From: Spirochaetia bacterium
Lineage (GTDB): Bacteria; Spirochaetota; Spirochaetia; SZUA-6; Bin103
Direction: 5' to 3'
DNA: 64,000 bases
Assembly: GCA_965203055.1 (NCBI GenBank)
Contig: OZ241863.1
Span: 3,808,001 to 3,872,000, forward strand
Made by a program: the position numbers and the translations under genes. Below the pieces are notes generated by a model. The model was not told the origin of the DNA. It saw only the letters and a program-made list of their open reading frames with translations, and did no database searches. Below, piece after piece: positions 31,958 through 41,225 of this stretch. Each line of letters starts with the position of its first letter. Position 1 is the stretch's first letter.

Positions 31958-32014
31958 CCCGTATTGACCAGTGTGTCAATCCGGTGTAAATGCCATGCTT
32001 ACGGAGGGACAGGC

Positions 32015-32605
32015 ATGCCGACTACCGGAGCGCGGAGTGCCCCCGCGGTGAGCTTCACCACCATGGCCGAGGGCACCCGTGAGGACTACGAACTGCTGGC
32101 GCGGTTCGAGGAGGAATTCGCCGCCGACCTGGCCGACCGGGTGCTGGCCCAACTGCGCGCGCTGGCCGGCTCGCTGGCCGGCTACCAGGTGGACCGGCTG
32201 GAACACTCGCTGCAAACCGCGACCCGCGCCTGGCGCGACGGAGCCGATGAAGAGATGGTGGTGGCGGCGCTGCTGCACGACATCGACGACCTGCTGGCCC
32301 CGCACTGCCACGGCGAACTGTCGGCGCTGGTGCTGCGCCCCTACGTGACCGAGCGCACCTGGTGGATCGTGCGCCATCACGGCCTGTTCCAACTCTACTA
32401 CTACGCGCACCACTCGGGGCGCGACCGCAACGCGCGCGACAAGTACCGCGGTCACCCCTGGTACCAGGACGCGGTGGACTTCTGCCACCGCTGGGACCAG
32501 TGCTCGTTCGACCCCGACTACGAGTCGCTACCGCTGGAGTTCTTCGAGCCGATGGTGCGCCGGGTGTTCGCGCGCGAGCCGTTCAGCCTGGCGCCGAGGG
32601 GGTAA
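32015..32605 (+). CDS. HD-domain protein (PhnZ/TmpB-like oxygenase or phosphohydrolase)
   Basis: RLEHSLQTA, ALLHDI, HHGLFQ, WDQ..FDP. Confidence 0.8.
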   Translation: MPTTGARSAPAVSFTTMAEGTREDYELLARFEEEFAADLADRVLAQLRALAGSLAGYQVDRLEHSLQTATRAWRDGADEEMVVAALLHDIDDLLAPHCHGELSALVLRPYVTERTWWIVRHHGLFQLYYYAHHSGRDRNARDKYRGHPWYQDAVDFCHRWDQCSFDPDYESLPLEFFEPMVRRVFAREPFSLAPRG

Positions 32606-32608
32606 GTC

Positions 32609-33913
32609 ATGCAGGGTCATCCGCAGAGCGTCGATCAGTCCGACCGCATCGTCCCGATCAACCTGCGCCAGAGCGGCCGCACGCCCACCGAGCTGCTGAT
32701 CTCCAACCGCGTGCGCAAGTCGCCCTACTGGCATCTGTCCCACGAGGCGGGCTGCTGGCGCGCCACGGTGTACAACCGCGTCTACCATCCGCGCGGCTAC
32801 GTGCGCCCGGAGGAGGGCGGCGCCGCGGCGGAGCATGCAGCGCTGACCACGCACGTCACGCTGTGGAACGTGGCTGTGGAACGCCAGATCCGGGTCCTGG
32901 GGCCGGACGCGGAGCGGTTCGTGGACTACGTCATCACGCGCAACGCGGCCCGCATCAAGCCGCTGCACGCCAAGTACGTGATCCTCTGCAACGAACGGGG
33001 CGGCATCCTCAACGACCCGGTGCTGCTGCGCCTCTCGGCCGACGAGTTCTGGTTCTCGCTGGCCGACTCCGACCTGCTGTACTGGCTGCAGGGGGTGAAC
33101 GTGGGGCTGCGCATGGAGGTGCGGATCGACGAGATCGACGCCTGTCCGGTGCAGCTCCAGGGGCCGAAGTCGCTCGCCCTGATGGCCGACCTGGTAGGAG
33201 ACGGGATCCGCGACATCCCCTACTACGGTCTCATGGAGGCGCGCATCGCCGGGTGCCCGGTGGTGATTTCGCAGTCCGGCTTCTCGGGCGAAAAGGGCTA
33301 CGAGATCTATCTGCGCGACGCCACCCTGCACGCCGAGAAGATGTGGTACGCGGTGCTGGAGGCGGGCAAGGCGCACCATCTCCAGGTGATCGCGCCCGGG
33401 CACCAGCGCCGCATCCAGGCCGGCATCCTGTCCTGGGGCCAGGACATCGATCACGAGACCGTGCCGTTCCAGTGCAACCTGGCCTATCAGGTGCCGCGCA
33501 AGAAGCGGGCCGACTACATCGGCAAGGCGGCCCTGGAGCGCATCCGCGAACAGGTCGACGCCGGGCGCCCGCCGTTCAAGATGATGCTGGTGGGCATGAC
33601 CCTGGGCGGCAAGCCGATCGACGACTACGCGCCCGACTTCTGGCTGGTGTCGGACGCCGGCGGCGGCGATCCGATCGGCTACCTGACCTCGCCGTGGCAC
33701 GCCCCGGAGCTGGGCTGCAACATCGCCCTCGGCTACGTGCCGGTGGCGCGGGCGGCGGTCGGCACGCCGCTCACGGTATGGCTGCCCGACGAGTACGCCA
33801 GCGAGCCGGGCAAGCCGGAGCAGGCGCAGGTATGCGAAGTCCCGTTCCGGCCGTCGGTCAATCCGAGCGCGCGCGAGCTGGCCCACGCGCGCGGCGAGGA
33901 CGCCGCGCTCTAG
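32609..33913 (+). CDS. GcvT/DmdA-like THF-dependent aminomethyltransferase or demethylase
   Basis: WNVAVERQI, GGILNDPVLLRL, QLQGPKS, SGFSGEKGYEIY. Confidence 0.88.
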   Translation: MQGHPQSVDQSDRIVPINLRQSGRTPTELLISNRVRKSPYWHLSHEAGCWRATVYNRVYHPRGYVRPEEGGAAAEHAALTTHVTLWNVAVERQIRVLGPDAERFVDYVITRNAARIKPLHAKYVILCNERGGILNDPVLLRLSADEFWFSLADSDLLYWLQGVNVGLRMEVRIDEIDACPVQLQGPKSLALMADLVGDGIRDIPYYGLMEARIAGCPVVISQSGFSGEKGYEIYLRDATLHAEKMWYAVLEAGKAHHLQVIAPGHQRRIQAGILSWGQDIDHETVPFQCNLAYQVPRKKRADYIGKAALERIREQVDAGRPPFKMMLVGMTLGGKPIDDYAPDFWLVSDAGGGDPIGYLTSPWHAPELGCNIALGYVPVARAAVGTPLTVWLPDEYASEPGKPEQAQVCEVPFRPSVNPSARELAHARGEDAAL

Positions 33914-33919
33914 CCTGGC

Positions 33920-34756
33920 TTGGCCTCCGAGGTCCGCGAGGTGCCTGCCGCGCTGATCGACGCGGCGCCGCCGCTCGACCGCGGGCGCCTCTACCGCGGG
34001 GAGCTGCTGGTGTTCCGGCGAATGGCGGCGATGACCGCCCTGGCCGCGCGGGCGCGGGAGATGGCCGGCGCGGCGTTTGCGCCCGCCGCGCCGCCGCGCG
34101 CCGAGCAGGCGTTCGCGCCGGCGGAGTTTCTGGCCCTCGCCGCGGCGCTGCGCCGCTCCTTCATGCGCGACGGGGAGGTGCGCGCCGCGCTGCGGGCGGT
34201 AATCGCGGAGTTGGGGCTCGACCCTGCCGCCACCAGCGCCGACCGCCTGATCCTGCGCCTGCAGCCGAGCAGCGCCGCGCACCGCGGCCGGCGGGTGCGC
34301 GACCTGCCCGCGCACCGCGACACCTGGGGCTCCAACGTCATGGCGCAGATCAACCTGTGGGGCCCGGTGTTCCCGATCGACGCCGGCGCCACGCTGGTGA
34401 TCTGGCCCACGCTGTTCGACCGCGCGGTGCCCAATACCAGCGCCTCCTGGGATCTGGAACGGCTGCGCGCGGCGCCGAAGTCATATCCCCTGCTGCCCGA
34501 GTGCCAGGCCCCGCTCGACGCCCACCCGGCGCTGGCGGTGGTCATCGAGCCCGGCGATCTGCTGTGCTTCTCCGGGGCGCAGCTCCATGCCAGCCGGCCC
34601 AACCGGACCGGACGCACCCGCCTGAGCCTCGACACCCGCATCTTCGAGCGCGGCGACGCGCGCGCCGGGCGCGGGGCGGTCAACGTCGACGGCCGCGCGC
34701 CGCGCGTAGCCTGGGACTGGTTCCACGCCCTGCAGAACCCCGCCGCAACGGACTAG
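33920..34756 (+). CDS. putative Fe(II)/2OG-type dioxygenase
   Basis: HxD...H triad (AHRDTW...QLHAS), INLWGP, RLSLDTR. Confidence 0.6.
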   Translation: MASEVREVPAALIDAAPPLDRGRLYRGELLVFRRMAAMTALAARAREMAGAAFAPAAPPRAEQAFAPAEFLALAAALRRSFMRDGEVRAALRAVIAELGLDPAATSADRLILRLQPSSAAHRGRRVRDLPAHRDTWGSNVMAQINLWGPVFPIDAGATLVIWPTLFDRAVPNTSASWDLERLRAAPKSYPLLPECQAPLDAHPALAVVIEPGDLLCFSGAQLHASRPNRTGRTRLSLDTRIFERGDARAGRGAVNVDGRAPRVAWDWFHALQNPAATD

Positions 34757-34769
34757 CAAAGCTGCCGAT

Positions 34770-35026
34770 TCACCGGTACACGGCTTTGCGGTGGCCAACC
34801 TTGACCACGATCACCACCAACTGAAGGTCTTCAATCTGATAAAGGATTCGGTATGAACCTGAGCGGATACGGTACAGCTCTCCGCCGGTCAGCTCCTGCT
34901 GTCTCGCGGTCGAGGACTCTCAGCCAGATGCTCGATCCGCCGCAGAATCCGATCTACTTCGTGCTTTGGAATGCCACGCAAATCTTTGCGCACGGAGGGT
35001 TGGAAGCGTACTTCATATCGTTCCAT
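34770..35026 (-). pseudogene. RelE/StbE-family toxin with a 1-bp frameshift at about 34893
   Basis: MERYEVRFQPSVRKDLRGIPK...PRP, then after the shift LTGGELYRIRSGSYRILYQI...VVKVGHRKAVYR. Confidence 0.8.
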
Positions 35027-35234
35027 CGGTGCGCAGCAGTTCCATAAACTCGTCGTATCCCACCGATTTCTCGTTCCGGCGCTGGCGCCAGTCTCTGATA
35101 TCCTCGAGATCTTCGGTCAGCGCCACCCGGAGCGCATCGTTGACGAGTTGAGACATCGACTCGTGGGTCTCGGCCGCCTTCAGGCGGAGCGCGTGGTGGA
35201 CATCGTCCTGCAGGTACAACGTTGCCTTGCCCAT
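35013..35234 (-). CDS. CopG/RHH antitoxin
   Basis: MGKATLYLQDDVHHALRLKAAET..SMSQLVNDAL; overlaps the toxin start. Confidence 0.85.
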   Translation of the reverse strand: MGKATLYLQDDVHHALRLKAAETHESMSQLVNDALRVALTEDLEDIRDWRQRRNEKSVGYDEFMELLRTDGTI

Positions 35235-35358
35235 ACCGCTGCAATCATGCGGGTTTTGACGGCTTGACGGCAAGACGCCGGCGCTGCGGCGGCTGCGGCG
35301 CTCGGCACGCTGCCGGGGCCGGTAGCGCACGGCGGCCCGATCGGGGATAAACTACGGC

Positions 35359-36132
35359 ATGCAGTATCTGCGCGAACGGGTGCTGGCCGGCGAGTTGCTG
35401 GCCGGCACGTTCTGCAACATCGGCTCTCACGTCACCACCGAGATGGCGGGGCACGCCGGCTTCGACTGGCTGCTCCTGGACCTGGAGCACGGCGCCGGCG
35501 ATCAGAGCGAGCTGGTGCATCAGCTCCAGGCGGCCGCCGCGGCCGCCACGCCGGCCATCGTGCGCATCGCCTGGAACGAACCGTGGCGCTTCAAGCGGGT
35601 GCTCGATCCCGGCGCCGCGGGGGTGATGGTGCCGTGGGTCAACACGGCGGCCGAGGCCGCGGCCGCCGCGGCGGCCATGCGCTACGCGCCCGGCGGGGTG
35701 CGCGGGGCGTCGGTGCTCAACCGCGCTACCGACTACGGCCTGCGCGCCGGCGAGTACTTCGCGGCCGCCAACGACAGCCTGCTCACGGTGGTCCAGATCG
35801 AAACCCGCCAGGCGGTAGCGAACGCCGCCGCCATCGCCGCCGTGGAGGGGGTCGACGTGCTGTTCGTCGGTCCGTTCGACCTTTCGATCGGGCTGGGGAT
35901 CCGGGGCCGCTTCGACCATCCGGAGTTCCTGGCGGCGCTGGATCAGGTGGTGGCCGGCGCCAAGGGGGCCGGCAAGGCGGCGGGCATTCTGCTGCAGCGC
36001 GCCGAGCAGGTGGCAGCCACGGTGGAGCGCGGCTTTACTTTCATCGCCCTGGGCTCCGACGGCGGGCTGGTGGCCAATGGCATGGCGCAACTGGCGGCCG
36101 CGTTCGCCCCCTTCCGCGCCAACGAAGGGTAA
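35359..36132 (+). CDS. HpcH/HpaI aldolase family
   Basis: GFDWLLLDLEHG, VQIET, LFVGPFDLS. Confidence 0.92.
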   Translation: MQYLRERVLAGELLAGTFCNIGSHVTTEMAGHAGFDWLLLDLEHGAGDQSELVHQLQAAAAAATPAIVRIAWNEPWRFKRVLDPGAAGVMVPWVNTAAEAAAAAAAMRYAPGGVRGASVLNRATDYGLRAGEYFAAANDSLLTVVQIETRQAVANAAAIAAVEGVDVLFVGPFDLSIGLGIRGRFDHPEFLAALDQVVAGAKGAGKAAGILLQRAEQVAATVERGFTFIALGSDGGLVANGMAQLAAAFAPFRANEG

Positions 36133-36138
36133 CGGGGG

Positions 36139-36510
36139 CTACCGGCTCGCTGCGGGCGGTTCCGGGACCGGCGGCGGCGGGCCGATCTCGAGCCTGGTCT
36201 CGATGCGCACCAAGCGGGTGTCGATGGCGTGAACGTCGGCGCGCAGGGACTCCACGTCGGCGCTGATCTCGGCACGCAACGCGGCAACATCGGTCTTGAC
36301 CTCAGTGCGCAACGCGGCAACATCGGTCTTGACCTCGGCGCGCAACGCGCGAACATCGGCGCGCACATCCCGTATGTCAGCGCTCAGTACGAGCACGGCT
36401 ACCAGGATGGTCAGCACGATTACCACGAACTGAACGGCGGCTTGCCAGTCGATCAGGTTCCGGGCAGCGACCGCCGGTCTCCGGGTGGGCGTGGCGTCCG
36501 CAGCGCTCAT
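36139..36510 (-). CDS. membrane-anchored coiled-coil protein with 11-aa repeats
   Basis: TM segment followed by (D)VAALRxEVKT repeats encoded by a 33 bp unit. Confidence 0.7.
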   Translation of the reverse strand: MSAADATPTRRPAVAARNLIDWQAAVQFVVIVLTILVAVLVLSADIRDVRADVRALRAEVKTDVAALRTEVKTDVAALRAEISADVESLRADVHAIDTRLVRIETRLEIGPPPPVPEPPAASR

Positions 36511-36662
36511 GCCGGCCAAGCTACCACAAGGATCGTGCCCGCGCATAGTCGGCGGTGATCTGACGGATTCTGAGGGCGCACTTCCTGAACGCGTCAGGCG
36601 GCCCAGTGGAGTCCTCGTGCGCGCCCCGCCGGCTGGCGTACCGCGTCAGCGGTCAGGTCAGG

Positions 36663-37361
36663 TTAGAGACGTTCGGGAACTTCCAGGTAGCGTACCCCGG
36701 CGGCAGCGGCGCGTTCCCGGTCGGCGGCATCGAGCCGATAACCGGCGACCAAGGCCACGGCCTCCTCGCCGAACACCGCGGCAAGCGTTTCCGCGCTGTT
36801 GCGGCTGCGGACGACGTCGTCGGCATCGAGCCGATTGGCAACCTCGACCGCGACCCAGACCGGCGCGCGTTCCCGCCGCCGCCGCCCGCGCAGAATGATG
36901 TCGGTAGCGATGATCCGGTGCTCTTGCGCCTCGCTGATACGACCCTCGTCGGCGGCCGCGGCGACCCGATCGGCAAAATCTTCAGGGCACTGGTGCACGG
37001 CGCTCTGGATGATGCGGACGCGCCGCAACTCCAGGAGCTGACTCAGCAGCGGCTGAATCCTGCGGTGCACCTTCATCTCCAGGTCCGACCCCTTCAGGTA
37101 TCCGACGTCGTTCTTGAGGCCCGCCACGTCGGTCTTGAGGCCCGCTACGTCCTTCTTGAGCTCGGCAATATCTTTCTCGATGCGGTCCAGCCGCGCCGGC
37201 ATGCCGAGAAACTCGTTGGTGAGCAGGGCGCGCAGCAACATTCGTTGCGCCTCGGGGTTGGCCTGCAGCTCGGCGATGATGCGCGCCACCAGCGACTCCG
37301 GGTTCAACTGTGATTCCGGGTTCAACTGTTCAGCCTGTTCAACCGCCACGGGTGATCCCAC
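36663..37361 (-). CDS. heptad-repeat protein with putative PD-(D/E)XK-like C-terminal domain, copy A
   Basis: LKxDVAG heptads; TDIIL...VAVEVA...DDV.R. Confidence 0.7.
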   Translation of the reverse strand: MGSPVAVEQAEQLNPESQLNPESLVARIIAELQANPEAQRMLLRALLTNEFLGMPARLDRIEKDIAELKKDVAGLKTDVAGLKNDVGYLKGSDLEMKVHRRIQPLLSQLLELRRVRIIQSAVHQCPEDFADRVAAAADEGRISEAQEHRIIATDIILRGRRRRERAPVWVAVEVANRLDADDVVRSRNSAETLAAVFGEEAVALVAGYRLDAADRERAAAAGVRYLEVPERL

Positions 37362-37482
37362 GTCCCGATCGAACCTACACGGCGGGCGCGGCTCCGATCA
37401 AGCCTCCAGTCCCCTCCTCCCCTTCGGCCCAGTGGATGGTCCTCGTGCGCGCCACCGCCGGCTGGCGTACCGCGTTAGCGTG

Positions 37483-38205
37483 CTAGAGCCGTTCGGGAAC
37501 TTCCAGGTAGCGTACCCCGGCGGCAGCGGCGCGTTCCCGGTCGGCGGCATCGAGCCGATACCCGGCGACCAAGGGCACGGCCTCCTCGCCGAACACGGCC
37601 GCAAGCGTATCCGCGCTGTTGCGGCTGCGGACGATGTCGTCGGCATCGATCCGATTGGCTACCTCGACCGCGACCCTGACCGGCGTGCGTTCCCGCCGCC
37701 GCCGCCCGCGCAGAATGATGTCGGTAGCGATGATCCGGTGCTCTTGCGCCTCGCTGATACGGCCCTCGTCGGCGGCCGCGGCGACCAGATCGGCAAAGTC
37801 CTCAGGACACTGGTGCACGGCGCTCTGGATGATGCGGACGCGCCGCAACTCCAGGAGCTGACTCAGCAGCGGCTGAATCCTGCGGTGCACTTTCATCTCC
37901 AGGTCCGACCCCTTCAGGTATCCGACGTCGGTCTTGAGGCCCGCCACGTCCTTCGTGAGGCCCGCTACGTCGGTCTTGAGCTCTGCCACGTCCTTCTTGA
38001 GGCCCGCCACGTCGATCTTGAGCTCGGCAATGTCTTTCTCGATGCGGTCCAGCCGCGCCGGCATGCCGAGAAACTCGTTGGTGAGCAGGGCGCGCAGCAA
38101 CATCCGTTGCGCCTCGGGGTTAGCCTGCAGCTCGGCAATGATGCGCGCCACCAGCGATTCCGGGTTCAACTGTCCAGCCTGCTCAACCGCCGCGTATGGT
38201 CCCAC
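37483..38205 (-). CDS. heptad-repeat protein, copy B
   Basis: Paralog of copy A with two extra heptads. Confidence 0.7.
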   Translation of the reverse strand: MGPYAAVEQAGQLNPESLVARIIAELQANPEAQRMLLRALLTNEFLGMPARLDRIEKDIAELKIDVAGLKKDVAELKTDVAGLTKDVAGLKTDVGYLKGSDLEMKVHRRIQPLLSQLLELRRVRIIQSAVHQCPEDFADLVAAAADEGRISEAQEHRIIATDIILRGRRRRERTPVRVAVEVANRIDADDIVRSRNSADTLAAVFGEEAVPLVAGYRLDAADRERAAAAGVRYLEVPERL

Positions 38206-38294
38206 GTCCGATTGAACCTATAGGGCGAGTGCGGCTCCGGTCAAGCCACCGGCCTCCCTCCCTTCGGCGCGTGCGGCGCGGCCCCCCGGGCGTT

Positions 38295-39515
38295 TCAGGG
38301 AACGCGGGCGCGAAACAGCAGCGCCGTGCCGCGCGCGCGGTAGCTGCCCGCGCCGGCCGGTACGAAGACCGACTCGCCGGGGCGGCAGTGCAGCTCGCGG
38401 CCTGAGGCGTCGCGCAGGATGCCGTAGCCGAGCACCAGCAGCACGATCTCGGGGCCGGCGGGGGTGGCCGCGAATTCCGACCGGGACGGCAGTTCGTCCA
38501 GCGCCACCGACGAGAGCGCGAACTCGGCGGCGGGGGTCGGGTAGTGGCGCTCGCCGTTGGCGGCCGGGCGCGGGCGCAGCAGCGCCGGCGGCTCGGGCGC
38601 GAACTTCGCCGCCTGCAGGAGCTCCGCGGCGTCGACGTGCTTGGCGGTGAGCCCGCCGCGCAGCACGTTGTCGGAGTTCGCCTGCAGCTCGACGCCGGTG
38701 CCGCGCAGCGTGGCGTGCAGCGTCCCGGCGCCGGTGTAGGCCCCCTCGCCGGGCTCCATCCGCACCAGATTCAACAGCCAGGGACTGAGCGCCCCGGGGT
38801 CTTCCGGGTATTGCGCCGCCAGCCGCCGGACCCACTCGGCCTCAGCCGGGCCGGGCTCTCCGGGAGCAGCCGGCGGCGGCCGGCCGGCGGCGCTGCGGAC
38901 CGCGCGCGCCACCAACTCGGCGCGCTGCCCCGCGTCCAGGCGCAACGCCGCCGCCACCAGCGCGCGCAACGCGTCCGGCCCCGGACGCGCCTGCAGCGCG
39001 GCGACCGCCGGGCGCAGCGGCGGCGCGTCGATGACCTGCAACCGGCGCGCGAGCGCGGCGTAGGGACGAAACCCGGAGAGCAGCTCGTAGGGCTCCAGGG
39101 CCACCACCACCTCCGGCTTGTGGTTGCGGTCGCGGTAGCTGCGCTGCGGCGCATCCACCGCGATCCCCGCCGCCTGCTCGCGGGCAAAGCCCGCGGCCGC
39201 CTGCCGCCGCGTCGGATGCGCCTGAATCGACAGCGGCTGCGCCACCGCCAGCACCTTGAGCAGGAACGGCAGCACTCCCCCGAAGCGCGGCGCCGCCGGC
39301 CCCAGCGCCTCCGCCGGCCGCTCCGCCACCAGCCGCTCCAGGCTCACCCGGCGGCCTCCCACCGTCACCGCCGACGGCGCCTGCGGATGCGCTCCGAGCC
39401 ACAGCTCGGCCTCCGGCTGCTCCGCCGGCGGGCGCTCCTGCAGCCGCGCCAGCGCCGTCTTCGACCCCCATGCATAGTGCTGAATGGGGTTGTCCAGCTT
39501 CAGCAACCCGAGCAT
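38295..39515 (-). CDS. manA: mannose-6-phosphate isomerase, class I
   Basis: QHYAWGS, AELWLGAHP, LSIQAHP, YRDRNHKPE, ANSDNVLRGGLT. Confidence 0.95.
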   Translation of the reverse strand: MLGLLKLDNPIQHYAWGSKTALARLQERPPAEQPEAELWLGAHPQAPSAVTVGGRRVSLERLVAERPAEALGPAAPRFGGVLPFLLKVLAVAQPLSIQAHPTRRQAAAGFAREQAAGIAVDAPQRSYRDRNHKPEVVVALEPYELLSGFRPYAALARRLQVIDAPPLRPAVAALQARPGPDALRALVAAALRLDAGQRAELVARAVRSAAGRPPPAAPGEPGPAEAEWVRRLAAQYPEDPGALSPWLLNLVRMEPGEGAYTGAGTLHATLRGTGVELQANSDNVLRGGLTAKHVDAAELLQAAKFAPEPPALLRPRPAANGERHYPTPAAEFALSSVALDELPSRSEFAATPAGPEIVLLVLGYGILRDASGRELHCRPGESVFVPAGAGSYRARGTALLFRARVP

Positions 39516-39576
39516 CGACGGACCGCTAACGGCCCAACCTGACCCGCCGGCCGCGGCTCGGCTGCCGGCATCACGC

Positions 39577-41070
39577 TTACTCCTCGTCCGCGATCCGCAC
39601 CTGCAGCGTCCTGCCTTCCAGCGTCCGGCGCGCCCAGTAGAGGTTCTGGAACTGATCGTTGCCGGGCTCCGTCCACTCCGCGATGGCGGTTGCTCCGGTG
39701 CCGCTGCCGCCGGTAATGGTGATGGTGGGGCGCATCGGGTAGCCGCTCCCCCGGTTCGTGATCGTCACCTCGCCGAGCACGGCTATCAATGCGGAGGTGG
39801 CGGATGCCGCTTGACCGAACTCTTGTGAGAAGATAACGGTCGGGGCGGTCGTGTAGCCGTACCCCGGGTCCGTGACCGTCACCGAATCGACGGCGCCGGA
39901 CAGCACCGCGGTGGCCGTCGCCCCGCTGCCGCCGCCGCCCGTAAAGCTGACGGTCGGCACCGTCGTGTAGCCGCTCCCATTGCCCGTCACTGCCACGGAA
40001 GATATGCCGCTCTGCAGCGTCGCGGTGGCGGTGGCGGCCGTGGAGGGACCGCCGCCGCTAAAGGATACGGTCGGGGCCGACGTGTAGCCGCTCCCCGCGT
40101 TCGTCATCGTCACGCCCGTGACGGTACCCGTCAGGCTGAGCACCGCGGTACCGGTCGCCACGTTGGTACCGCTGGCCGGGTTCCCGAAGGTAACGGTGGG
40201 GGAGCTGTTGTAGCCGCTCCCATTGTTCGTCATCGTCACGGACGCGACGCCGGTTTGCAGGAACGCGGTGGCGACCGCCCCGGTGCCCGGCCCCCCAAAG
40301 GCAACGGTCGGGGCCGACGTGTAGCCGCTCCCCGGGTTCGTGATATCCACGTCATAGACTTCGCTCTTCAACGCTGCGGTGGCGGTGGGCATGGCGCCGC
40401 CGGACGGCGGCGCCGAAAAGCTGACGGTCGGAGCGACGCGTGACGCGTAGGTTTGAGCTCCGTCGTACGTGACCGTCACGGACCCGACGCCCATGGACGC
40501 CGCCGCGGTGGCGGTGGCCCTGACGCCGCCGGACGGCGGCGCCGAAAAGCTGACGGTCGGAGCGCTCGTGTAGCCGCTCCCCCGGCTCGTGACCGTGACC
40601 CGGCTGACGAATCCGCCCTCGTCCGACTGGTCCGGGGCCGTGAGCACCAGCACCACCTCGCCCTCCCGGACTTCCGCTTCGACCTTCCACTCCGCGCCGG
40701 AGAGATCGTCCGCGAAGACCGGCCGGTAACTGACGTTCTCGAGCGGCAGGTCCTGCCCGTCGATCGATACGCGCACCTTGCCGGCGGCGATCCGGTCCCA
40801 GGCGTACGGCGCGGAACGGTTGGTGGTCTGGATAAACACGTCCGCCTCGTCGCCAAAGTGAGCCACGCTGATCGGCCAGCTCTTCATCGTCTCCTGCGGC
40901 GTCGGCGTCGTCGGCTCATCGCCGCCGGTCCCGCCGCCGCCCGACCCCGGCATTGCCGGCGTCGTCGTTCCCGGCGTAGTACCGGGCCGCGCCGTCTGCG
41001 TGCACGCCACCAGCATGGCGATGCCGGCGGCCGCCGCGAGCGCTACCATCATCGTCGTCCTACTACTCAT
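39577..41070 (-). CDS. lipoprotein with eight GSGYTSAPTV-type beta repeats
   Basis: AGGAGAG RBS; lipobox MLVAC; Pro/Thr/Gly linker; repeats of about 38-43 aa. Confidence 0.8.
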   Translation of the reverse strand: MSSRTTMMVALAAAAGIAMLVACTQTARPGTTPGTTTPAMPGSGGGGTGGDEPTTPTPQETMKSWPISVAHFGDEADVFIQTTNRSAPYAWDRIAAGKVRVSIDGQDLPLENVSYRPVFADDLSGAEWKVEAEVREGEVVLVLTAPDQSDEGGFVSRVTVTSRGSGYTSAPTVSFSAPPSGGVRATATAAASMGVGSVTVTYDGAQTYASRVAPTVSFSAPPSGGAMPTATAALKSEVYDVDITNPGSGYTSAPTVAFGGPGTGAVATAFLQTGVASVTMTNNGSGYNSSPTVTFGNPASGTNVATGTAVLSLTGTVTGVTMTNAGSGYTSAPTVSFSGGGPSTAATATATLQSGISSVAVTGNGSGYTTVPTVSFTGGGGSGATATAVLSGAVDSVTVTDPGYGYTTAPTVIFSQEFGQAASATSALIAVLGEVTITNRGSGYPMRPTITITGGSGTGATAIAEWTEPGNDQFQNLYWARRTLEGRTLQVRIADEE

Positions 41071-41225
41071 CAAGATTCTCTCCTGCGCCGATCGACACCG
41101 TGTAACGCGCCGAACCCTGTCCCGAGTCCGGTGCCGAGTGCCGGGTGCCGGCGTCCAATCGGACCGGATTGTAGCACGAGTCCGGCCCACTTCCGAAACG
41201 CCGCGCCGGCGCGCGCGGCGCGCGC

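Larger units (their letters stand above)
36601..38268. repeat. tandem duplication, two units of about 830 bp (36601-37426, 37427-38268)
   Basis: Both units begin GCCCAGTGGA..GTCCTCGTGCGCGCC and end ..CCTTCGG; coding regions are near-identical. Confidence 0.88.

Noticed and set aside
36240..38040. 21 bp and 33 bp repeats as a CRISPR array
   Set aside because: They are in-frame coding repeats without unique spacers; no cas genes in the window.
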